Assembly: GCA_964035545.1 (NCBI GenBank)
Contig: OZ037765.1
Coordinates: 29,077,504-29,141,503, forward strand
DNA from: Bugula neritina
Taxonomy: Eukaryota; Animalia; Bryozoa
Length of the DNA: 64,000 nt
Direction of reading: 5' to 3'
Shown here: in pieces, positions 50,989 through 64,000 of the stretch
Numbering within the stretch: position 1 is the stretch's first letter
How the letters are laid out: each line of letters begins with the position of its first letter
Notes under the pieces: generated by a model
What the model was told of the DNA's origin: nothing
The model's input: the letters and a program-made list of their open reading frames with translations, nothing else
The model's database searches: none
Made by a program: the position numbers and the translations under genes

Positions 50989-51971
50989 CTATAAATATTA
51001 AAATAGTGTTTCAGATAATGTTTTTACTTCAACAAATAACTTATTTTAATGAAAATTGTACCTCTTTGTTTAATACAATACTACCATACTATCATCCCAA
51101 TGTAAAAAAGCACATATGTTTAGGAAATAGAGATATGTAAAAAATATTTCTGACTAAAGGAAAAGTTTTTAGGTAGAAGCAAAACTCTGGAAGTCACAAA
51201 ACCTTAATTTTTTATTAATCTAGTCAATCAGAAATGCAAAGGCTCAATTTTTCAATTGGTTGACTTATAAATTAGATGATGAATAAAACTAACAGGAAAA
51301 AAGAATATATTGGGTTCCAGATGCTTTTACGCATTCCTATACTAACAGCATACACCTGAATACTAAGTATGCTTACGTAATAGCATAACCTATGAACATA
51401 ACGTAATTTATGCAGTTGGCTCTAAATACTCTACTAGTATGCTAATGATGTTACTCAACAATGTTCATACATAAACAATAAGACATGATTAGATATTCAT
51501 AGCTCTCAGCATATTACCTGAACACGAGAATAGCTATCCAGTTGCATCATAAATTAAACATAATGCAGTCACTACTGAGTGCCTTACTTGCTAATGTGCT
51601 ATATAAAGTTTATATATGCAGATATCAGCGCATAAGATGAATAACTTAAATCAAAACCGCCTTATAAAGACTTGCTCTATGCATCAAATAAGTTTATTGA
51701 AAGATATATAACCCGTTATTTATTAATTGAACTGGCAAAATAATATTTTCATTGTGAAGTTTTTAGTTAAAAGGTGCCTCAAAATAACAATAATTGTTAT
51801 GAATGTGTCAGAGAATAGAGGATTGTGAAATAGCCCTCAAATTCCTGAACAATAAATAGTATAATGGGTAGATATTTTCAGAGGCCTGTATAATAAATGG
51901 CTATTGTGTGAAAGTGCTACAGTCACATGTAAAAAATAGTTAATAGATTGACTTTGTTATTGTTTTAGTTT

Positions 51972-54060
51972 CTATTTCCTGTCTGCCGAAAGGAGTTGGT
52001 AAAGAGTTTTTCTCTGTCCAGGAGCTGATGCCGCGGGTTTACTAGTCTTTTTCATCCATGGCACAACTTCCTCTGAAAAAACACACTTCTAGTTACATCA
52101 GCTGTGGGCAGCTTAACTTCTGCTATGTCAGCTGATTCACTCTAACTGTAGTTGTCTGCACCTACTCCATATATTACCTCTATTACCTATTGTATTTCTA
52201 AAGTGACTTAAGACCTACACTGACTGCCTTAGTTACTTACTTCACATGTGGCTGCAGTATGCCCACTACTATAACAAGAAACTAGCTTGTCTCAAAATAA
52301 AGAGTTTGTTTCTTGACCCAAATTCACTAATCGCTGGACCAGAAAGTCATAGCTTGACAGTTCATTCACCAACAAAAAATATCAAAAGCTCAGTAATTCA
52401 TATTGTCACTGCTATAGTGATTAAATACTAGACAACTAAACTGATCATTGTGGACATGTGGGTTTTTTTTTAAATTACAAGACTATGTAAAAGCAATTAT
52501 ATAATTTATAAAACATTTTTTGTTTTAATCGATGTGTTGCATCATTTTACAAGTCAACTTTTTGAAAAATTGAGCTGAAACTTGGAGTAGCACATGCTTC
52601 ATGCAGACCCTGTTTGCACTTCACACTTGCTGAGTTTATGAAAAACTAACCTAGATTGTAGCTGACTTTGCTTAACTCTGGGCTAGATTCAAGATTTAAG
52701 TCTTTGTAAGTCTTGACTTATAAATCTTTTAGTATCAATTTCTGAGGACATTCTGAATTTTTTGATCGGTTCAAACAAGCTAATTCTAGGTTAGTCTAAT
52801 AAAGATTAAATAATTTCTTAGCCTGAGGTACAGCATGCTATATCAGAGTAATTAACTAACACAAAGCTTTGGCAAATTCTACTCTCTACTAAAAAGCATG
52901 CATCAGCAAAATTAACTGAATTACCTTTCTTTTCAGGCAGCGGTTTACTCGGCTTAAATTTTGCAGCGCGGGCAGCTTTGGCTTTTTCAGAAGCTAATAA
53001 TTTCTCTTCTTCTCTTTTTCTTATTTCTTCTTGCAGGAGTCGTTCCTCTTCCTGTTTTCGTTGCAACTCCGCTCGTCTAATTTTTTCTTCTTCCTCAAAT
53101 TTTTTAGCCTCTAAAACATTTTATTTTATCTTGACACTACAGTTCAGAAAATATAACACGAGTTTCATCTATTTGTTTTGTAAAACTAGGATAGTCTTCG
53201 TCAGTCTTAATAGCTAGCTTAAAGGCAGTTGAATTTCATACAATTTCAATCATCTGGCACAATGGTACAAAAGGTAACAAGCATTTATACACTACTTACT
53301 ATAATATGCTCTCTACATATTATATAATTATATTCCTATGTTTTGTGCCTATCTCATAATCATATGGAATGGAATAATGATTGTGTGAATGTCAGTTTCT
53401 GCAGGAGATGAGGCTAATTATGGAGTTACGTAAAGCTTACTATGCATACGACCACACAACCGTTTAACATGCTGGCAAGCAGCAAACCCACACAGCTAAT
53501 AACAGGAAGAATGAGAATAATTATAAATGTACTCACTCCATGCACTTGGGTAGCAATCCAAATTCTCTACCACATGCAGCTGTTATTCAAAACCAGAATA
53601 CAATGTTGAGTCACGCAAACCTTTCATTTACGGACAACTTTCCGGTAGCAAAGTTTTCACGTAGCTAAGCCATTAGTATGAATATTCTTCCATAATGAAG
53701 GTGTCTGGTTATTTCAGGTATTTAATGCTGCAAGTTCACAGCTTCCTTGGTCAACCGGTGTCTATTACGCTCTTCAAGGGCTGGCTTTTAGCAAACAAAC
53801 ATAACGAAGATGGAGTTCAATTTGACACACTGCAAGCCGCATGATGCTGCAAACCACCGCTGCCACACTTAAATACCTTCGGCAGCTTTCTCAGCCTCTT
53901 CTTCGGCTGCCATCATGTCGGCTATAAGTTTTTGGCGAGCCAAAAACAAATTAGCGCCTTTACTTCTACTTCCGCCAGAAGCAGATGGCTGAGTATCGTG
54001 CGGAATTTCTGACACATCTTCTACACTAATTTGGTCGTCTGTGGGCCAAGAAACTTGCAG

Positions 54061-54098
<38 letters not shown>

Positions 54099-55762
54099 CG
54101 AGCTTTAATTCATACACACCATAGTTTTATTAAAAATAATTATTTAAATAGCTCAACATAGAATTGTAAATTATAGCTAAATGACAAAATGTAGTAAGGT
54201 AGGTGAAAGCAAATCAGAAAAAATTGCGAAAAGCTTATATAAGCTTATAAAGCTCTATATGAAAGAATCTCGTAAAAGAAGTGATGTTCTTGAGAGATTT
54301 TCAATTAAAATCTATACCAAAATTCACACAGTCTCTTTACAGAGCTTAGGCTATTGAAGATTTTCTGTTACTGCAGTTTGGTGAAAATAGTTCAGTGATA
54401 GTTAATAGAAAACTCAAGTTTCTATGAATCAACTAGACATAACAAAGAGCTTATTACAATAGCCTGAGTTTAATTATAGATACAGAGTAATTATTCTAAT
54501 TCTGTATGATAGTAAATAGAACTATGTTAACGTGATATGTCTTTGATGAAATCACAATTATATTATTAATAGAATGGGTATCATAGCATCTGTCCCATGA
54601 TGCAATCATACGAACTTAAGGGGTCAAGGTGAAAAATCATAAACCTTTAGCATCACCTTTTTTGAAAACATGAAGCTTCCATGATATCTATTTTAAGAGT
54701 TTATCTGGTTAAATCTATTTTTACACACTATGACTCACCAGAATTCATAGCCTGGGCCTCTAGACATATGCTCGTAGCCAGTTTTTTTCTTTCGTCTCGA
54801 ACACTAGCAGCAGAAACGTTCTCTTTACCACAGGCTACAGGTTTCACCACACCACCTACAAAGGTTATAAACTAATGAGAACTGTTATTATATGTGAATT
54901 TCGATTAAATACAATAGCAATCTACATAAACCAAAACCAAATGAACCAATCAAAAATATGTATGACAAAAAATAAAAGCTTAAGAGGTCAAAGGTCACGA
55001 CAATAAATTTAAAACAAAGAGGGGAAACTACTCCTGTGAATATTTTACTTGGCCTTTGTCCCACATTCATCCAGTGAGTATATGCAGGTGTCATGTAGGC
55101 ATCTGTTTTGAATAGCAAAATACACACCACAAACTTCAAGTCAAAAGTTAGAAACCAAACAAGAAAACAACCATAAAACATGTAGGGGAAACCATGATGC
55201 AATCAACAGCAAGCTGAGGAAAACAAAATAGAAAGATGCATTGTTCATTGTCCCTAGAGCTGAATTCTTTTGAATAGCCTGCAGTAGACATGTGCAGACT
55301 GCAGAGGGGGAGAGGGAGAGGGGACATAAGGGGACTGGTTGATTGAAGATCCACCACTTGGATTTCCCATAGACCACCATGATTTACAAAGTATGATATG
55401 CGACAAGCCATCAATAGAAATATAATTCATGAGGAGCCAAAAGGTCATATTTTTTTAATAGAATAAACAGCTGACACATTCTTTGTAAGTAAAAACAGCA
55501 AACTGATAAAACACATGCAGCTAAGCCACAGCCCTGGGTCATGACTGCAAGAACAAGCTGAAACTCTTCTCACACCACCAGCACCTTCGTTAGCCGCTGC
55601 CTGCTGGGAATTCTCTTCAGACTCCTGTTCCATCATGTCAGCTATCAGCTTCTGTCTAGCTAAGAACAGATTTACCCCCTTACTACTCCCTCTGCCGGCA
55701 GCAGCCCCGGCAGTCTTCGGAATCTCCGACATTTCCTCCACCGTGAGAAGACCTTCGCTCAT
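51972..55762 (-). CDS. Myozenin/calsarcin-motif protein with an ER/K charged helix (about 252 aa); either a separate gene or the short isoform/N-terminus of the SORBS locus
   Basis: Exons 55762-55585, 54855-54739, about 54053-53877, 53110-52925 and 52072-51972 (TAG), all joined by phase-1 introns. Two copies of VEE/DxSEIP...SKGxNLFLARQKLIADMM are followed by EEEEKIRRAELQRKQEEERLLQEEIRKREEEK. The donor at 55585 and the acceptor at 54053 are weak. Confidence 0.7.
54061..54098. repeat. (TA)n microsatellite
   Basis: About 18 TA units with one interruption, directly upstream (minus strand) of the second calsarcin-motif exon. Confidence 0.92.
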
Positions 55763-58700
55763 TGTGTCGCCTCAGCTAATTGGTTGGGTCATGAGTGGCC
55801 TACACTGGCTTGTATGGAAAATCGGTAGAACTTATCAAAATAAACTTCTCTAAGCATATATTTAGTAGCTTGAATTAAATTTTAACGTCATGAAATTGAA
55901 ATTTTAATGTTAGTGTTTCAAAAATACCTTAAGTTTTGTAGACCTAAAAATTAAAACACTAAAAATAGATTATACTCAAGTGTCCATTGGGATACGGATC
56001 ACAACTTTTACCCAATTTTCTAAGATTTCTAAGAGTTTTCTAAAATTTATTATGATTACTAATAAGGTTAAAGTAAATAATAACAAAAACTACGACTACA
56101 ATACTATACCAACTATACATATCATTTTATAATAACATATAGCATATTTTCATAAAATTGAAAGTATTATGGTTACGTACATTAGTAAAGATTTACCAAA
56201 AGTGCCTACCTCTTATACAATAATCCGCAAATAGCAGCTCGTAGTATAGTATATTTTATGTCTGAGGCTGTATATCCAAACCAACCAACTACAGGTATAT
56301 ATGTAACCTCATAAAACTGTTTTAGTGCAAGCTCTATATACCTATCTGCAACAGCTGCTGCAGCTTAGACTACTACTGCTAATGATTATTTAATATTACA
56401 CTAGCAGTAATTAACAAAGAATTAACAATTTATAGTTGCAGTAATTAGCTCACAGCCGACTATAGGCAAAAGAATATTCCTGCTTGCTGTCTTCCTTGTA
56501 TAGTAAAACTGACTAAAAATATCTCTTACATCTATGCATTGTTTATACCTGCAAGCACCTGCGAGACGTGCTCACTTCATCTGATAAGGTGACAGTGGCA
56601 AGTCACTACATCTCTGTCAAATGTCAATTGTTAATGCTGACAATTACCTAAGCCAATCACTAGTAGCCTTACACGCAGTGCCATGTGCAGCTATAATGTT
56701 ATAATATGTTGTTAACAGTTAGCACTGTTATTTTAGAGAAATATAGTACTCTTACGTAATGGTAGGCATGACTATCAATCTATTAATTGTACATACTAGT
56801 AGGTGTATCCCGTTTCCATGAAAGAAAAACAAAGAGATGGTGCACATTTCTCACTACTACACCTTCTAAATTACGGCCCATTTAGATTGGCATACTTGTA
56901 AAATGAGAAATGAGCTGCAGGCTAAGACTTTTCTTGGCTTGCCTAGAGGCAGGGTTTGGTATTTGCTACAATGAGTTAACACTTTATGTAGCTGTCATAA
57001 AAGTGTACCAATAAAAATAGGCAACTTTATTCCAAAATATTTTTTGTCAGTGAGGCTCTTTATATATTAATGAATGACCTAAATGATATAAATATTCATG
57101 GTAATAGAGAATTTGTTTTGAGTACATATAACACGCGATGTAACAAAATTAACATTTAAAATATTGTTGTTTTAAAAGTAGCCATTGGAAGTTTAATGCT
57201 TGTATGAACTCTTTTTCAATAAACTGGTTTAAAAATTATCTATCTTAGTTTATGTACCTTGATACTATAGATTTGGTCAATTTTAAAATGTACTTTGTTG
57301 GTTGTCTTCTCTCAACCTAGGCAAGTAAAATCGTATGAAGGCTTCTTATTATAACATTTATCTCTCTTTGTTCAAATAACAAAACTACAGAGTTAAAAAT
57401 ATAGTTAATGAATGGCAAACAGAATAGGGCGGCAAATGAAATGCATATCAAAAGTCAAGGTCATGGAAGCTATTTTAGCCAGAAGCATAGTAGCTGTTAT
57501 TAAATGAAAGTTTAGCTAAAATTAACTTATAACTTACTACTATAGAGATGAGTAAGGAAGCTGTTATTAGAGAAGAAGTAACTGACATAAGCTGTAAATT
57601 AAATGAGTTATATTTTAGTGGGTGTATATATCATATTATATTATAGGCTTATAGCCTACAATAACTTTTATGGACACTCATTGACGGGCTTGATTAGGTT
57701 ACAGAAGATGCATGGATGAACAAAATAATTATTTAATAACTCTCACTTATAGCTAAAATAACTTGCTTATTGCTGAATGGAGAGCTAATGGTGTGAGACT
57801 TTTGGTCCAACACAAATTTAATATTCGGAACATTATTACTATAATGGATAAGGTTACTCTTATTACATCAGCTGCCTACCTGATTGATTTATACAAACTG
57901 CTAACACGTTACTATATCATGAGTTTTTGAAAACCCACTGTTTTTCTAAGGTTGAACTGTTGTTGGAAACATGAAAATAGTTATGATGAGAGAAATTTAG
58001 ATTCCGGGTGTCTATATTTAGGAGTCAGGTATCTAGCATTGTAGAGAAATGAGTTTTGTTAATAATTAATATTGACTATTAACCTGTGTGAACTATTTCG
58101 TAAACTAGCTATTCCATTTTAAAAACTGACAATGGTATTATGATAATACTGCAGGCTGTGTGTGTACTGAGCATTACAGAGATAACTGTCTTTACCGCTA
58201 GACTGTCGAAACTCAAAACTGAGAACAAAAATAGTTCTCACCAAGTGATTTAAATCTCTATGAAATAATTGAACCATTCCTGAATTCAAATCACGAAGAA
58301 ATATAAACCTAGTTTTTATAAAAAATTTACTTAAAATACCCTGCATAGCATGGCCAAACTTATGTCATCCAATAGAATTGATTCTTTTAGAAAGCATCTG
58401 CATGTGATCCAGTAGTTCAAGTAATTAGACTATTTGTAATACATAGACTCAGATCCTGGACAGGGCTATTTGAACATCCAATCACAACTGCTCCTTTACC
58501 ACAAAAAAGACAGCAGAGGTGTTTCCAGCTATGGTGAGACACAGAGTGCTGTGCTTGATTAAAAGCCATTACTACCAGGGATACAGCGACTTTAAACAAA
58601 TGTAAGAATTAATAAACTATTTTCAAAGATGGGAATTCTCTAGACATATGAAATATCAGAGAGTTTGATGTAATTGGCTTTATAGAAAGTGAAGCTTATC

Positions 58701-61700
58701 ATTAGAGTTTACAAGTGATGACAAAAATGTTCATATAACCATAAAACATAGGAGCTCAGTATAGGCAGCAAAAATGTTATATATTTAAGATGAGTACAGA
58801 AGTGTTTTCACCTCCAATGTGTAAGTTTTTAAGCTCAACTTAATGGTTTGTTATTCCCAGCTCATCCCATCTCCTCCTCACCCACTCAACCTGGCTATTT
58901 CCTTAAAGCACTAGCTATTTTTCTTGCAAGCATGCACTTGGCCTCCTTGAAGTGAATGATTTTAGTTGATAAAAAGCTGAACACTTAGTAGTTTGAACTC
59001 ATCTTTTTCTGCAAACTAAGATTGGGTATATTAAATCTCTCACTTTTTTTCGGTAGCATTCTTGGCAAAGTGGCTACCCAGATATTTCGAAGGAGTGGCC
59101 TTTGATATTGATTTAGACATTATATTTCAATCAACCTTGGTGTTGTTTAGCCTTCCTAAGTTAAGTTTTTCTCCTTTTTGTTTACACCAGCCATTGTCAT
59201 TGTCATTGCTGACATTTTTCTTCTGGGTTTGCCAATGAGCAAGGTGTAATCAAGGATTCGACTAATCTTAGTGTAACTTGAATATACCATAAGCACTGAA
59301 TGCGGTTTAAACTTTCACAATAGTATCACACACCAAGTGGTAAATCATAGAATTTCCCTGGATGAATGCCAAGCATTACACACGCAGCAGGATCCTAGAA
59401 ATCTGGGAGTTGTCATCTCTGAAATGAGACCGCTCCATAAGACAGATAAACCATCTTTAAACAAACCATTTATAGCTGGGGATGATACAAATGAAGAAAA
59501 TTATAACTTCAACGACATATATGCTAGCAAAGTAGACTTCAGCAATAACTTGATGAGCCAATTTCGAAGTGCATCAACAATGTGAGTAAGACACTAACTG
59601 CGCAAACTGAGATGTATATTAAGAAACAAACGAAATGATAACTTGTATAGTGTAATTAATTTGGCTGTGAATCATCATGACTGGGCATGGATAGGTAAAC
59701 TTATAAATGCTAAAATGGTAATGTTTGGTATATTGTAACAGTAGTATATATTATCATAAAATACATAATGTTAAATATTAACCTAAAAACAAACAAACTT
59801 CTCTACTGCGTTGTGAATATTTCATTCAAACTTCTAATTATAAGCTCAAACTTCGAAAGCTAAAATGCTACAAGTTAAACATGATCCAGTTGTGATCTGT
59901 TAGTATTGTTTTTACAGGTAGCACTGAGCGCATGCACTCAATAGAGTTTACTGAGGTGCTTGTATCTGTATCTGCCATCTAGACCTGATAGAATCTATTA
60001 TAACTGGAGAAACACAAAAAGCCTTTCTAAGATATAAACTTACTTTAAATAAAACTCAGCATTATAGTTAAGAAACCAGTAGCTTTTCCACCAAATACCA
60101 ATATACCATACTATATAATTAATACATCAGTTGTGCTTATAGTAGATCAGGAATAGCCCTTTCTGTCTTAAGCTAGACTAGCCCTTACACTTTATGACCT
60201 GCAATCAAATACTTCAATTGGCAATGTTTATATATAGAAAAAATTATAAGACTATGATTACAAGGTTAGCTATTTCAATTATCTATAATTTTAGCTTTGC
60301 ATAATATACAACTGAGCTATATGGCCCATATGTAGACGCTTTTCTAATAGCTGCGGTGAGTAAGTCGCACTAAATCCAACATTGACAGTCAACCAAAGTA
60401 AAAAGCAAGAGAAAGTAATAGATGTTAAACATAATTGAAAGGGGTAATGGACTGAAGGTCAACTGATAACTACAGACTACAGGCTGCTAGGGATCATAAG
60501 CTAGAACTTGGCAGGTGATAGAAGTGTAAGTAACTGAAACTCTCTAGAACCATGACTAACCTTGTGACCAATAAAATTATGAAAACCAAGCTATTAAGTA
60601 TATGTAGTTCAATATTTTGTTACAATCCTACACAACCTCTCAAGAGTCATGAAAATATTAAGTTACGAAGGCAACCACTTATAAAACTGATGTTTTTAAT
60701 TGAAACACCTGGATGTATTGGAATTTTATACGGTTTCAGTAAGATTAAGTCAGCTATACACTTTTTGCAACACAACACAACAGTCTACGGTTGAGGCGCA
60801 GGTACATCAATGAGGAACTTTGGGAAAGCCTTCGTTCCAAATCATAAACCTTGTAAGAGAAGTTATATTATTCCATGATTTTCAGCTCACACCCAAACCA
60901 AGTTCCATAAGGACAATTGAAGAACTTGGACTAATGAAATTTCTCCAGCCGTTATAGTTAAGTTGAAGACACAAAGTGCAATCAAGGAAATGCTGAAGCT
61001 AAACTATTTTAATTGCATGCAAGTATAAATTAGTTTAGACTTTAGAGTTTAGAGTATGAATTACAAATTGAAATACTATAGTCTAAACTTACCGGTTTAT
61101 CAATGACTCTGCCAACTCAATAGTAATGCTCTTGACCTGCAGCCCAAACATAGAGTGATGAGTAGAACTATTTAAAGTTATCTCACAAAGTTGTTTAACT
61201 TTGATGATTTATCTTGATAAGCAAGACATTTGTATATAATTGTGATATATTATATCTTTATTAGTATCTCATATGTAACCACCTGCCATATCCACAGTGT
61301 CGTAGTGTGTAGTCTGAGAGATTTACAGTGCTTATAAGTTATAGCACAGGGTGCAAGACTGAGGCTGAAGAATGTTGAATGACTCACAAATGATATTATT
61401 ATATTACTTTATTATGTCACATGTCATTGGTCATTATGCTCTGCCTATTATAATATCGTATAATACTTCTATTGTGTGATTCCTGATTAATTTGGGAACA
61501 ATCATGCAACCAGAAGCTCTTATCTGTAATATAGTTATAACATACAACTACCTTTAGCTAATATGAAATAAAAAATATAAGAACATTGCACATAGAGATG
61601 GAATCATTTTTCTCACACTTGAAATTTTGTGTGTACAATGTATAAACATTACAGGGCTAGACTGGGCACATGCGGCTTATATTCTAGATAAAAAAACTTG

Positions 61701-63780
61701 AGCCCAAATTTTGTGATAGCGCATTTGAAGGGCACGACCCCACCTTTATGGTTTACTACTTCAATACTTGATACGTCAGACAATGGCTGAGTAACAAACA
61801 GCTACAAATGCAGCTTATATTATACAGTTTTTACCATTCGGGAGATTGGTTGACATGTTTATTAACCAGTTAGCATTAATTTTTAAGCATAATAGCAGTG
61901 GATTATTTAAGAAGGTAACAGAAAATCGTAATAATAAACCCAGAACAACCATGACAATGAGAAAGCTGGTAAAAGTATAAGATGTACAGAAATGCTAGAT
62001 TCTAGAATAATAATTAATTAATTCACTGAAAATGTCAACTTTTCACAATCTACTAAAACAGCATTATATTTAAATGTATATCAATATAGCCTGTGCACTT
62101 AAACAAAACTATATGAAAAATTAACATGGATTTAGAGAAGTATAGTCACTAATGATAGGCCTGCTATTTGGTAATGAAGCCCACTTATGCTCCAAGATAA
62201 AGCATATAAATAAAATTAGTGAATTTTAGGCTTTAAAGCACATATGTAGCATGTAATTTCAACCTGGGCTATACTGGGGATAAACATATTTACATACTAA
62301 TACAGGCTAATAAAATTAGGCATTTTGATGGCACCTTTATATTATTGACTGTAATAAAAAGACAATTCAAATCTCATTATAAAATTAAATTTAGAAATTA
62401 TGCATTGATAGTGATACTCATAGAATAATTATAAGACACTAGTAACTGTAATGAAGTTAAATTACTGTTTAGCATTGGCATTATGATTAATATTACTATG
62501 GTGCATGACTGTCCCTATATGCACACTCATAATGTTTAGCAAACGATTAATAAATGTATGGAAAATAGCGTTGTGGCTTAGTGCACTCCATAAGTCATAA
62601 CATAATTTTGCAAGTAATTCGAAACATTGATATATTATGAAGTTCTCGAATATAAAGTTACTCGCTGCTCATATGAAAATAGGACATGTGCTCTTTTGTT
62701 TACATCTCCTTGACATATAGCCTAAAATATTTTATTTAACCGTCATAACAAAATGTGACGCTATTTAACCAGCTCTCCATTCCGGTGATGTGTTTAGGAA
62801 TCACGGCTTAGACTCCATTCTATGAGAGTTCTATAAATAGTTCAAAAACAAAATCTTTTATCAATCGCAATGATTGCTGAATGATTACTCAATCATTCTG
62901 TGACAGGTTGCATTCGAGGCTTATGGTTTGGAACTGATTTTTTTATGCGTTGTGTAAATTGTTTTAAAATTTTATTTAGACATATCTGAAATGCATCTTT
63001 TGCATACATTTTAGATAACGATCAAGAGCTACTCAGTCTCACTCTCAGTGAATCTGAATTTCCAATTCAGAGTAAAACTAAATGTAATGCTGATTGCAAA
63101 ATTAAATTTTCAATATCATTATGGTTATTAATATTAAATTATGATTGTTATTATAAAATTAAACACTATTTCATACAATAACAATTCTGATTTGTATTAT
63201 AATTATAATAACTAACTACTACTAGTTTAATTTAAATTATTATTAATAACTAATATTAATAAGTAATAACTAATAAGTAATAACTTTAATAATTATAACA
63301 TTAACTAATAGCTGATAGATATAACAACTAAAACAAAATGAAAATAAAAGTTCACCTTCAACTTTCAGTTTCAATTTTAACTTCAAGTTCGGTTATCAAA
63401 TATGAGATAAGACTTATATAATCATGGATTTCAATGTGAGTCACTGTGAGTGAACTAAATTTAGTCATTAAATTTAATTTATAAGTTATTGTGTAATTTA
63501 ATTTTATATTGCTATACCTATTTATATAGATATTGATTAACTTTAGGTTGAATTTATAGTTTACGCAATAAAATTAAATAGCTGATATAATAAGTTAAAT
63601 TAAATCTTAAACCTCAGATTTACTAGTTTTTCATCAAGAAACTAAAATACTCTTCATTTTATCTTTGTTAAACAAATTCAAACTGCATTCATATATTTAT
63701 TATGTTTGCTATTTTACTAATAGTCTAATATAAAGTTTAATTTGGATTGCTTGCTTCTTTTACAGCTCAATTTTCCCAAT

Positions 63781-63868
63781 ATGGCAGAGTGTACCAGCAA
63801 AGATGAAATTATTCTAGAATGCGATGATTTACATCGAATAATCTTAGAACTGAATGCCTTCACTCCAG
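63781..63868 (+). CDS. Probable first coding exon of a downstream gene that continues beyond the window
   Basis: A pyrimidine-rich acceptor (cttttacag|63766) precedes the ATG at 63781. The frame MAECTSKDEIILECDDLHRIILELNAFTP is open and ends at a strong donor, CAG|gtatgt (phase 1). Product not recognised. Confidence 0.55.
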
Positions 63869-64000
63869 GTATGTTTTGTAATTTGTGTGAAACATTAAAA
63901 TTGTAGTACATAAATATGAGATGAAATATAAACATGCCTTTAAACTTTTTAATTTTTTTAAGATACTTAATTTGTATGAAACTGTAGTTCATTGAGGGTT

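Noticed and set aside
61092-61150. Minus-strand exon-like segment (gcag|...CCG|gtaagt) as a coding exon of the myozenin-like gene
   Set aside because: Its only open frame ends in phase 2, which does not fit the phase-1 downstream exons. It could be a 5' UTR exon but is unsupported.
63717-63992. Minus-strand 91-aa ORF
   Set aside because: It has low-complexity AT-driven composition. The opposite strand has a better exon bounded by canonical splice sites.

Overview
AT-rich, intron-dense genomic DNA from an invertebrate animal (probably a lophotrochozoan; inference). Most ORF-track entries are exon fragments or noise, so I rebuilt gene models by hand from GT-AG sites and intron phases. In order, the window holds: a TRIM-type RING/B-box/B-box/coiled-coil gene (-); a complete 16-exon B-Raf orthologue (+, about 721 aa); a 99-aa Cys-rich/Lys-tailed gene (+) not recovered by the ORF track; an MZB1/canopy-family ER chaperone (-); a PDZ + calsarcin-motif synaptopodin-2-like gene (+, 800 aa); a SORBS/CAP triple-SH3 gene (-); a myozenin-motif/ER-K helix module (-) that has its own stop exon but is also phase-compatible with splicing into the SORBS exons; and the first coding exon of a further + strand gene at the right edge. 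Introns carry MITEs, a tRNA-derived SINE and many minisatellites. The most notable observations are: (1) a Z-disc gene cluster with a possible myozenin-like/SORBS fusion transcript; (2) tandem arrays of duplicated 5' splice sites in two genes; (3) duplicated intronic triplets of NF-kB-like sites in the TRIM gene; (4) an AP-1 site minisatellite in a Raf intron; (5) the small Cys/Lys protein. All models are predictions without transcript evidence.
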